From positions 62,001 through 126,000 of the forward strand of contig NIVC01000168.1 in the NCBI GenBank assembly GCA_002269645.1: DNA of 64,000 nucleotides. Direction: 5' to 3'. The translations under genes were made by a program, and so were the position numbers. Shown here in pieces: positions 1 through 12,100 of this stretch (position 1 is the stretch's first letter; each line of letters opens with the position of its first letter). The notes below the pieces were generated by a model that saw only the letters and a program-made list of their open reading frames with translations, did not search any database and was not told the origin of the DNA. Source of the stretch: Macrostomum lignano. Lineage: Eukaryota.

Positions 1-1495
1 AGCAGATTTAACAGTAGCACGGCAGCGTTGCGCGCGTCGCGATTCTGCATTTCCACCAGCTTTTTTTTGGCCTTGACCGCATCCGGTGGCAAATTGTTGC
101 CTCCTTTGCCTTTCTTTTTTTTGGGCGGCGGTTCAATTACAAATAAGCCGCGCTTGATGTACACGTCTACAGTGTCTAGTAGCGGTTGTAAAGGCGTCTT
201 GTTAGCCACTTTGGCGCCAGTTTTCAGCGCGTGCAGCAGCACTCTAGTGGCTTCGGACGCATACGGCCCTGGGTCAGAGGCCGAGTTCTTGCCTTTCTTA
301 GCCGCGGCGGCATTGTTATTAGCGTTGGCGCCGGGGTCCTCAGCCTCGTAGCCCGCATCGTAGTCTTGAGCTTGGGCCATCACAATCTGCGGATTATAAC
401 CGTCGGCAATCATCTCTTTGATACAATTTCGAACCTCTTCGTAGCGCACTCTGGTCTGCTGATAGCTGGCGTAATCTTCGGCGATTTCCATTAACGATTT
501 CGTGCCAATCATTCGAGCACCGTGCGGCAGGTTATCCACTTCGATTAGTCCGGTTTGAACGCGTTGATTTTCATTTTTCGGATTAACAATCGACATTGGC
601 AAGCGTTGGAATTTGTAAAACGCCGGATCAAAAGTCATGTTATGTACGAGGCGAGCTAGCGGCAACAATGGTCGTTCGTTCATCAGCCACAGACAGTAAT
701 CTAACCAGTCCGTGAAGTAGTAGGCTCGACGTTCGTATCTCCGTCTTGCTGGCATGCAGATTGGCTCTAGTGCCTCCCACTTGTTCATTAGCATGTCGGG
801 CACGTATTCGTAGCAACCGCTTCGTAGAACGATCACCGACAGCGGGTAGGCGTGAAAATCTCCAGTGACCGTGTCTTGGACGTGAGTGGCGTACTGCGGC
901 TCCTTCAACGTGTAAAGCGCATCTCCTATGGGATCTCGATAAGCCAGAGCCATTTTCACCACGTCGACCTGTGATTATTGGGGAATTGCAGTTGTGAATA
1001 TTTTAATTTAGACTTTGATATCGAGTTAGTTACCTGTGTTAACAACTATCCAATTATCGTGAGTGTCAATAATGACCTACTTGTCAATAAGTTTATTTCC
1101 ATGACACCACGTTCTTCTCTATCTTATGCTCCTCGATTCAATAGATGATTAAATTTAAGTTTTAAAAAGAGACTTACACTCTTCAGATAGAAGGCCATTC
1201 CGAGCACAGTTAGATAGATAATCGCCTGCTTGTGAAACAGACTGTTAGCAGATGGATCGGCGCTATTGTACATTTGGGGATGGTCTAGCAGTTGAAAATA
1301 GCTAGTCTTGAACGCTTCCGGTTTCAACTCCATCTTGCGTCTGATCCGATCAACGTCTTGATTTTTTAGCATGGACGCTAGCCAGCGGGTATTAGGATGA
1401 TCTAGAGTATAGTACTTCGGTATGGCATAATAGAAGCACGTGTCCAAACCGTACAATGGATCCAAATAGGCCGATGGCGTTGGAAGCTTCACCAT
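1..1495 (-). CDS. Spliced minus-strand ORF of unknown function, at least 428 aa, running off the window edge; exons 1495-1178 and 968-<1
   Basis: Manual translation. Exon 1 is MVKLPTPS...LGMAFYLKS, ending at a phase-0 GTAAGT donor (+ strand acttac, 1172-1177). The acceptor CAG|GTC (AG at 970-969) opens an uninterrupted frame VDVVKMALAYRDPIGD...YFTDWLDYCLWLMNERP...EPPPKKKKGKGG...NAAVLLLNLL that reaches base 1 with no stop. No family recognised. Confidence 0.7.
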
Positions 1496-1999
1496 TTCTT
1501 TAATTAGTTGCTTAGCACTTAGCTAGCTAGACTGAGCGTGTAGTTGAGCTTCTGCACGAGTAGTTAAGTGCCGCAAGATTAGTTAAAGAGAAGATGGATG
1601 GACCTGGCTCGATCGCATTTTAGTGCCATAGACTATTAATTTTCTGACCTTTGTGAGATGTCAGTTTGATAGTTTTTGTTATTTAGTCGATAAATTTGTT
1701 AATTCCATAATTTTTTGTTTTCAGTTTTTCATCAAAGCCAACGACGTGAAAACTAAGAAACGTTCGGGGCTGATGCAGTATTTGATTGACTATTATACTG
1801 CTCAGATGATGTGAGAATTTTCTCTGTTTAATTGATTGCATTTCTGGGTGATTCGAACAACTTGCTCTTTCTGAACTTAAAAAAACAATCATTCTTAGCT
1901 TTATCTATTCGATTATATTATTCAGAGAATGTTAGGGATATGCTATCCATCAGGAATCTACCCTTCCTTCTTTTCATCTAATATCTGTGTAATTTCTAC

Positions 2000-2875
2000 C
2001 GTTCTATCCTTATATTTACCATTCTATCATGATATCTACCATTTTATCCTTCTAATATTTACCATTCTATCCGTCAAATATCTACCATTCTATCCTTCTA
2101 ATATATTTTATCATTCTATCCTAATATCTCTCTTCTATCCTTTAGGGATCTTTTTTCTATCCATCTACCATTCTATCCTTCAGGATCAACCATTCTATCC
2201 TTCAGGGATCTACCATTCTATTCTTCAGGAACCTACCATTCTATTCTTCAGGGATCTACCATTCTATCCTTCAGGGATCTACGATTCTATTCTTCAGGGA
2301 TATACCATTCTATCCTTCATGATCTACCATTCTATCCTTCAGGGATCTACCATTTTATCCTTCAGGATCTACCATTCTATCCTTCGGGATCTACCATTCT
2401 ATCCTTCAGGGATCTACATTCTATCCTTCAGGGATCTACCATTCTATCTCTCAGAGATCTACGATTCTATTCTTCAGGGATATACCATTCTATCCTTCAG
2501 GATCTACCATTCTATCCTTCAGGATCTACCATTCTATCCTTCAGGATCTACCATTCTATCCTTCAGGATCTACCATTCTATCCTTCAGGGATCAACCATT
2601 CTATCCTTCAGGATCTACCATTCTATCCTTCAGGATCTACCATTCTATCCTTCAGGATCTACCATTCTATCCTTCAGGGATCAACCATTCTATCCTTCAG
2701 GATCTACCATTCTATCCTTCAGGATCTACCATTCTATCCTTCAGGATCTACCATTCTATCCTTCAGGGATCAACCATTCTATCCTTCAGGATCTACCATT
2801 CTATCCTTCAGGATCTACCATTCTATCCTTCAGGATCTACCATTCTATCCTTCAGGATCTACCATTCTATCCTTA
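2000..2875. repeat. 22/23-bp minisatellite CTACCATTCTATCCTTCAG(G)GAT, intronic
   Basis: Period read directly; degenerate on the left, purer on the right. Confidence 0.95.
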
Positions 2876-2968
2876 AGGGATCTAACATTATATTAGTGAC
2901 GCAAATATTCCAATCCAGCATATATGCAGTGAATTTACACAATGTCAAATTATTATCAAACCTTAAAG

Positions 2969-3125
2969 GTACTTCGAAGAGTCGGTGAAAACTCTCAAAC
3001 ACCTTGGCTGCTACATGCAAGACATGATCGGCACTGTTGAAGAGTTACGCAGCGAGCAAGACGAAGAGAGGCGAACTCTGGTACGCCTGAGAGACGAACT
3101 CAGGACCGCCATGGCCGAGAAAGAG
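2969..3125 (+). CDS. ASAP1: ASAP exon, C-terminal helix of BAR domain
   Basis: AG|G TAC TTC GAA gives [52 protein letters not shown], followed by gtaaat. Not in the ORF track. Confidence 0.85.
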
Positions 3126-6100
3126 GTAAATAATTTATATCTTTGAAACTTTGCTCGTAAGCGATTACATTAACGATATGTTGCGTAAAAAAACTTAATT
3201 ACAGACGCATATCTTCGTCTTTTTTTAATTCTAGTTTAAAACTAGCAATCTAGTGCGGCCCCCCTTCGGGGCGCCCAATAAGAAAGGAGCAAAAATAGTT
3301 CATGGAAAACAATAAAAAAACACATTTTCTTAAACACTAATTCCTTCTTCACATTTTAAAAATCACCTTATTCGTGTAAAATTGTCACGGACTAAGATGT
3401 TTGCAAAATTAAAAAATCACTTTTTCTCTAAAATTAACAAACAGTCAACAAAATATCGTTTCCCTAAATAGAAAATATTCCCAAGACAGCAAGCAACCCC
3501 CTCCAAAAGTGAACAATCGCAGATAGCAAGCATCCTCTAATGCTCATAGCAAGAATCACCACAGATAGCAAGCATCTGCAGATTAGCAAGCACCCCCAGA
3601 TATTATAGAAGCATCCACCCAGATAGCAAGCATTCTGCAGATAGCAAGCACCCCCAGATATTATAGAAGCATCCTGCAGATAGCAAGCACCCCCCAGATA
3701 TTATAGAAGCATCCACCCAGATAGCAAGCATTCTGCAGATAGCAAGAATCCCTAAATAGCAAGCATCCTGCAGATAGCAAGAATCCCTGAATAGCAAGCA
3801 TCCCTGGATAGAAAGAATCCCATGCATGTAGCCAGTACCCCCTCTCCCAAATAGCAAGTATCCCCCTCGAGAGCAAGCATCCACGAGACAGCAAGTAGCT
3901 AGTGCAAATGTTACTTCCGCTAATGCAATAATCGCTTTCTCAGGTTGTGCAACAATCCACGTCTCAGCGAGCGCAATAATCTCTTTTTTAGACAGCGCAG
4001 TAATCAGCTTCTCAGCTAGTGCAATAATCCTTGGTTTATTAATAGCAATAATCCTTGATTAATCAAGTGCAATAATCCTTGGTTTATCAAGTGCAATAAT
4101 CCTTGGTTTATCAAGTGCAGTAATCTTTGGCTTATAAAGTGCAATAATCCTTGGTTTATCAAGTGCAATAATCCTTTGTTTATCAAGTGCAATAATCCTT
4201 GGTTTATCAAGTGCAATAATCCTTGGTTTATTAAGTGCAATAATCCTTGGTTAATTAAGTGCAATAATCCTTGGTTTATCTAGCGCAGTAATCCTTGGCT
4301 TATCAGGTGCAATAATCCTTGGTTTATCAAGTGCAATATTTGTTTATCAAGTGCAATAATCCTTGGTTTATCAAGTGAAATAATCCTTGGTTTATCAAGT
4401 GCAATAATCCTTGGCTTATCAACTGCAATAATCCTTGGTTTATCAAGCACAGTAATCTTTGGCCTATCAAGTGCAATAATCCTTGGTTTATCAAGTGCAG
4501 TAATCCTTGGCCTATCAAGTGCAATAATCCTTGGTTTATCAAGTGCAATAATCCTTGGTTTATCAAGTGTAATAATCCTTTGTTTATCAAGTGCAATAAT
4601 CCTTGGCTTATCAACTGCAATAATCCTTGGTTTATCAAGTGCAATAATCCTTGGTTTATCAAGCGCAGTAATCCTTGGCCTATCAAGTGCAATAATCCTT
4701 GGCTTATCAAGTGCAATAATCCTTGGTTTATCAAGTGCAATAATCCTTGGTTTATCAAGTGCAGTAATCCTTGGCCTATCAAGTGCAATAATCCTTGGTT
4801 TGCCAAGAGCAATAATCCTTAGTTTATCGAGTGCAGTAATCCTTAGTTTTCCAAGTGCAGTAATCCTTGGTTTATTAAGAGCAATAATCCTTGGCTTATC
4901 GAGTGCAGTAATCCTTGGTTTGCCAAGAGCAATAATCCTTGGTTTATCAAGTGCAATAATCCTTGGTTTATCAAGTGCAATAATCCTTGGTTTATCAAGT
5001 GCAATAATCCTTGGTTTATCAGATGCAATAATCCTTGGCTTATCAACTGCAATAATCCTTGGTTTATCAAGTGCAATAATCCTTGGTTTATCAAGCGCAG
5101 TAATCTTTGGCCTATCAAGTGCAATGATCCTTTGTTTATCAAGTGCAATAATCCTTGGTTTATCAAGTGCAATAATCTTTGGTTTATCAGATGCAATAAT
5201 CCTTGGCTTATCAACTGCAATAATCATTGGTTTATCAAGTGCAATAATCCTTGGCTTATCAAGTGCAATAATCCTTGGTTTATCAAGTGCAATAATCCTT
5301 GGTTTATCAAGCGCAGTAATTTTTGGCCTATCAAGTGCAATAATCCTTGGTTTATCAAGTGCAGTAATCCTTGGCCTATCAAGTGCAATAATCCTTGGTT
5401 TATCAAGTGCAATAGTCTTTGGTTTATCGAGTGCAGTAATCCTTAGTTTTCCAAGTGCAGTAATCCTTGGTTTATTAAGAGCAATAATCCTTGGTTTATC
5501 GAGTGGAGTAGTCCTTGGTTTATTAATATCAATAATCCTTGAATAATCCAGTGCATTAATCCTTGGCTTATCAAGTGCAACATTCTTTACTATCAAGTGC
5601 AATAATCCATGGCTTATCAAGTGCAATAATCCTTGGCTTATCAAGTGCAATAATCCTTGGTTTATCAAGTGCAATAATCCTTTGTTTATCAAGTGCAATA
5701 ATCCTTTGTTTATCAAGTGCAATAATCCTTTGTTTATCAAGTGCAATAATCCTTGGTTTATCAAGCGCAGTAATCCTTGGCTTATCAAGTGCAATAATCC
5801 TTGGTTTATCAAGTGCAATAATCCTTGGTTTATCAAGCGCAGTAATCTTTGGCCTATCAAGTGCAATAATCCTTGGTTTATCAAGTGCAGTAATCCTTGG
5901 CCTATCAAGTGCAATATTCCTTGGTTTATCAAGTGCAATAGTCCTTGGTTTATCGAGTGCAGTAATCCTTGGTTTTCCAAGTGCAATAATCCTTGGCTTC
6001 TTGAGTGCAGTAATCCTTGGTTTGCCAAGAGCAATAGTCCTTGGTTTATCGAGTGCAGTAATCCTTGGTTTTCCAAGTGCAGTAATCCTTGGTTTATTAA

Positions 6101-9100
6101 TAGCAATAATCCTTGGCTTCTTGAGTGCAGTAATCCTTGGTTTGCCAAGAGCAATAGTCCTTGGTTTATCGAGTGCAGTAATCCTTGGTTTTCCAAGTGC
6201 AATAATCCTTGGCTTCTTGAGTGCAGTAATCCTTGGTTTGCCAAGAGCAATAGTCCTTGGTTTATCGAGTGCAGTAATCCTTGGTTTTCCAAGTGCAGTA
6301 ATCCTTGGTTTATTAATAGCAATAATCCTTGGCTTCTTGAGTGCAGTAATCCTTGGTTTGCCAAGAGCAATAGTCCTTGGTTTATCGAGTGCAGTAGTCC
6401 TTGGTTTATTAATAGCAATAATCCTTGGCTTATCGAGTGCAGTAATCTAAGTGTTTTTATTTAGTCCTTTAATAAAAAAATTTACACTACTACGTTTAAA
6501 CTACTTAGATTCGAACCTAGGTCGCTGCATTAGCAGTCTGGTCTGTTCAGCTCTAGGCTAGCTCTCATCGAAGTTATCAGTGATGTTGTACCACTTATAT
6601 AATTCAACACTCACACCAAGTCAGGTAGAGTAAAAAGTCTCACGAAGCAGTTATGACATAATCAATTTCTTAGGCAAGTCAGTACCAGTGTCTATGAAAG
6701 TTTACAATATGGTTACGTAATATAAATTCAGTACTGCGCTATGCTTTCACACTCAAAGCTGTGACGCAATTCAATTGAGTGTCAAATTCAGCCAGTACAC
6801 AGACGATAAATAAAGTGTATTGTGATGCAATCTATTTCAGAATCAGAATTCAACCAGTCAGTTTTTCTGCTAGCATTCTTACGATGCATTTCAAGTCGAA
6901 AGAGCTGCTTGACCTTTGCAAAAAAGCATGTTTTTCGAATATTTAATCCCTTTAGCATCAAGCAATTTCTTAGCCACGATGCATGTACTGTCACGGGAAA
7001 ATTTCTGATCGAACAGTGCAAGTTCGAAGAAAATCGGTTGAGCCGTTTTTGCTAAAATCGATCACACACACACACACATACACACACACACATACCGACA
7101 GACCATTTTTAGTATATGGAAGAGGTTTGTTTATCTACTCGTATATAAGACTGAATTGCCTGCTTTGATTGGTCAAGATAATAATTGAAAATTGAAATAA
7201 ATATAGAGATATAATCGCACAAAATAGTGATGATTATGATTTATGAGCACAGGAATATCATATGCGACATTTTTACAATGTCAATATGTGAATACAATCG
7301 CTAAATTATGATTGCGTTGACTGGTTTCAACTTTTCTTACTGCCGATTTTTCTGGCATTCTTTGGCAACAATTAACAAAGTATGTTTTTAATGATAAATT
7401 AGCCATTTATAAAAAATTACTTGAAGTATGTTATGTATGCTGAAGTTTTTAATTGTGCTCATTTTATTTTATTATTTTCAAATCAAAATCAGCTGACTAG
7501 CCATCCCAGGAGAATGTCGTCGGTAAGACAATAACAGATTAATTATTTATTAGTATTTTTGTTATTTTGTATTTTTAAACGTCGTTGTAACTGTGGAAAT
7601 TTCGTAGCCGTGTGCTTGTCTGTTACTATTTTTAGAAACTCTTTGAGCTGTAAAGTACGTTTTCCAGGTCGTTTATGCTATTATCTGCATGGAATATCTA
7701 CTATGATATCAATGCCTTATAATAAGCCACGTGACTTCTAAGCTATTTGAAGGGTTATTCTTTTTGAATAGATAGGAATAGAAGAGCGTAGGCAACGCCC
7801 AAAATATGCTGAATAATGAAGCTGTTAGGATGTACTTTATCAACCCGTTCTCTTCAATTATGTCATATCTGTCGTCTTTGTTATCTTTTTGTAGTTTTTA
7901 TGCTATTGTGTTTTTTTTTGTTTTAAAACAATCATATTTTGTGTTTCTGAAAGCCCAATTAGTTAGTATCGTAGATAGCCTTATCGTTTCTTTTTATTAG
8001 ATACAAAAACCTTGGTGCCAACCCCATAAATGCCAAAAATACTGATTTTAAACTCAATTAAATCCAAAGTACACACGCCAAAAGCCAATCCCCAAAGCCC
8101 CGTTCCAAATGTACACATGCCTGAAGCCAACCCCCGAACTCCCGTCCCCAATGTACACAATGTACACACGCCTGAAGCCAACCCCCCGAACCCCCGTCCC
8201 CAATATACACACGCCTGAAGCCAACCCCCCGAACCCCCGTCCCCAATGTACACACGCCTGAAGCCAACCCCCGAACCCCCGTCCCCAATGTACACACGCC
8301 TGAAGCCAACCCATGAACTCCCATCCCCAATGTACACACGCCTGAAGCCAACCCCCCGAACCCCCTTCCCCAATATACACACGCCTGAAGCCAACCCCCC
8401 GAACCCCCGTCCCCAATGTACACACACCCCGAAGCGAATCCCCTGAACCCCCTTCCCCAATATACACACGCCTGAAGCCAACTCTCTATTTAATATGCAA
8501 ATCTTTTCTTTTCTACATTAAAGACAGCCGGTGTTCTCACCTCTGGCGGCTCGTTCTCCCTATCTGGCGTTGGCAACACCGCCGCCTCCTCAGCCGGTGG
8601 TGGCGCCGTTGGCGCCGCGTCTGGCTCTGCGGCTGCCGCAGCACCGGGTGGCACGGCAAATTCCGCTTCATCGTCCTCCGGAGCGGGCTACTCTCTTCAT
8701 CAGAGCCAGGGTAACCGGGCCCACGGCACCTGCAAAATCGGCTACCTAATGAAACGCTCCGAAGGCAAAGTGAAGCGAGTCTGGCAGAAACGACGCGCCA
8801 CCGTAGACGAGGACAGATTCCTGTTGTACCACGCCGACGAATCGAAGCCGCCAGTGTCGCTATTGCTGCTCACCTGTCAGGTGCGACAATCGCCCGAGGA
8901 TCGAAGCAAACGCGCCTTCCGTTTGATATCGAATAATCGGACATATTATTTCCAGTGCGACTCAGGGCCAGAGGCCGAGCACTGGGTATCCGTGCTGAAT
9001 AATGCCAAAGAGAAAGTCTTCCAGGCTGCCATGGGCGCGCCTCTGTCTAGCGGAGCTGGCGTCGATGGCTCTGACGGAGTCAGCAATCCGTCGGAGAATT

Positions 9101-12100
9101 TAAGGGCCGCTATAATTAGAGAGATTCGCAATCTGCCAGGGAATAATGTCTGTGCCGACTGCTGCGCGCCTGGTTAGTGGCTTTTTTTCTAGGGATTTCC
9201 TGTAGGATTCTCCATAGGATTCCCCATCGGAATTACTCATAGGATTCCCATCGGGATTCCCCATAGGATTCCCCATAGGATTACCAACGGAATTCCCCAT
9301 AGGATTCCGCATCGAAATTACTCATAGTATTCCCCATAGGATTCACAACGGGTTTCCTCATAGGATTCCTAACGGGGTTCCTTATAGAATTTCCATCGGG
9401 ATTCCCCATAGGATTCCCAACGGGTTTCCTCATAGGATTCCCAACGGGGTTCCTCATAGGATTTCCATCGGGATTCCCCATAGGATTCCCAACGGGTTTC
9501 CTCATATGATTCCCAACGGGGTTCCTCATAGGATTTCCATCGGGATTCTCCATAGGATTCCCATCTGGATTCTCCGATTCTATGTAATCCCATTAACTTT
9601 CTGTTTTGATTCCACCTCGCCGCTGGGCTGTATCAACTCTTCTAGCTGTCACACTATCCTCTTTGCCGCCCTATCAGATCCGGAATGGATGAGCACAAAC
9701 CTAGGCGTGCTAATCTGTCTGGAGTGCTGCGGCATACACAGAGACCTCGGCGTGCACATCAGCCGCACACAGTCGCTGGTGATGGACGATCTGACCACTG
9801 CCCAGCTGCTGGTCAGTCGGTTTGTCGGCAACAAAATGTTCAACGAAGTATTCGAAGCTGTTATGCCCGAGAACGTGAAACCGCGGGCAGCTCTCAATAA
9901 TTCTGTGGATTTGTAAGTTTTCTTTACTTACTATTGCACCCTTGATTTCGCCTCAGGCGCTAAATTGTCGCTAAAGTCTCATCTGTGGCGCTAATTTGGC
10001 GCTAAAGTCTCATCTGAGGCGCTAAATTGGCGCTAAAGTCTCATCTGAGGCGCTAATTTGGCGCTAAAGTCTCATCTGTGGCGCTAATTTGGCGCTAAAG
10101 TCTCATCTGTGGCGCTAATTTGGCGCTAAAGTCTCATCTGTGGCGCTAATTTGGCGCTAAAGTCTCATCTTTGACGCTAATTTGGTGCTAAAGTCTCATC
10201 TGTGGCGCTAATTTGGCGCTAAAGTCTCATCTGTGGCGCTAATTTGGCGCTAAAGTCTCATCTGTGGCGCTAATTTGGCGCTAAAGTCTCATCTTTGACG
10301 CTAATTTGGTGCTAAAGTCTCATCTGTGGCGCTAATTTGGCGCTAAAGTCTCATCTGTGGCGCTAATTTGGCGCTAAAGTCTCATCTGTGACGCTAATTT
10401 GGTGCTAAAGTCTCATCTGTGGCGCTAATTTGGCGCTAAAGTCTCATCTGTGGCGCTAATTTGGCGCTAAAGTCTCATCTGTGGCGCTAATTTGGCGCTA
10501 AAGTCTCATCTGTGGCGCTAATTTGGCGCTAAAGTCTCATCTGTGGCGCTAATTTGGCGCTAAAGTCTCATCTGTGGCGCTAATTTGGCGCTAAAGTCTC
10601 ATCTGTGACGCTAAACTCTTATCTTTGGCGCTAAAATATTACCGGGACTCAGCCCTTCCCCTCCTAGCCAGAAATAGTTCACTTCACCGCACTGCCTTCA
10701 CCCCCACCCCCGCCTCGTATCCTCAGGCAACAGCTGATGGACACTCGCAAAATATTCATCCGCGCCAAGTACGTCGACAGGTGCTACGTATTTCGCACCG
10801 TAGAGACCAGCTCAGACTCGCCCGACTCTGTTGAAGGCCTACAATCGTTGAAAAGCGACTTATTAAAAGCTGTCCGGCATCAGAACATGCCGCTACTGCT
10901 GCAGGCATTCGCAGAAGGCTGCGATCTGCTGGCTCAGTATAGTAACGGCGAAACGGCTGTGCACATCCTGCTCAGAGAAGGCGACGAGTCCATCTGCCTA
11001 GCTATTGTAGATTTCATATTGCAGAACTCGCCGGCTAGTGCGTTGAAACGGGCCACAGTGTCAACTGGGGAGACCCTGTTGCACTACTGTGTCAATTATA
11101 ATCGGCCAGATTGTTTAAAACTGTGTCTGAGAACTTCTCTGTCGGCTAGCGCTGTTGCTAGGAACCATGCCGGCTTGACTGCAGCAGATATCTGCGAACA
11201 GCTCAGCTTCCCCATTTGCGCCGATCTGGTCAGTGTTTTGAGTCTGCTGCTTTTGAGTAGCCTTTTTGTGACGTCTAAATGTAGAAAGAGAAACTAGTGG
11301 AAGAGTTGTGAGAAGGTTAAGGCTTTTAGAGGGAGAGCTATGGGAATGTTAAGGCTTAGAGTGGGAGAACTAATAGAAGGCTAATGCTTACGGTGAGAGA
11401 ACTAATGGAAGGCTGATGCTTACAGTGAGAGAACTATTGGAAGACTAATGCTTACAGTGAGAGAACTAATGGAAGGCTAATGGTTACAGTGAGAGAACTA
11501 ATGGAAGGCTAATGGTTACAGTGAGAGAACTAATGGAAGGCTAATGCTTACATTAAGAGAACTAATGGACGGCTAATGCTTACGGTGAGAGAACTAATGG
11601 AAGGCTGATGCTTACAGTGAGAGAACTATTGGAAGACTAATGCTTACAGTGAGAGAACTAATGGAAGGCTAATGGTTACAGTGAGAGAACTAATGGAAGG
11701 CTAATGCTTACATTAAGAGAACTAATGGACGGCTAATGCTTACAGTGAGAGAACTAATGGAAGACTGATGCTTACAGTGAGAGAACTATTGGAAGACTAA
11801 TGCTTACAGTGAGAGAACTAATGGAAGGCTAATGGTTACAGTGAGAGAACTAATGGAAGGCTAATGCTTACATTAAGAGAACTAATGGACGGCTAATGCT
11901 TACAGTGAGAGAACTAATCGAAGGCTAATGCTTACAGTGAGAGAACTAATGGAAGGCTAATGCTTACAGTGAGAGAACTAATGAAAGGCTAACGCTTACA
12001 GTGAGAGAACTAATGGAAGGCTAATGCTTACAGTGAGAGAACTAATGGAAGGCTAATGCTTACAGTAAGAGAACTAATGGAAGGCTAATGCTTACAGTGA

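Noticed and set aside
6503-6566. Functional tRNA gene
   Set aside because: Acceptor and D stems do not pair; retained only as a SINE-head relic. None of the SINE heads is called a tRNA either.
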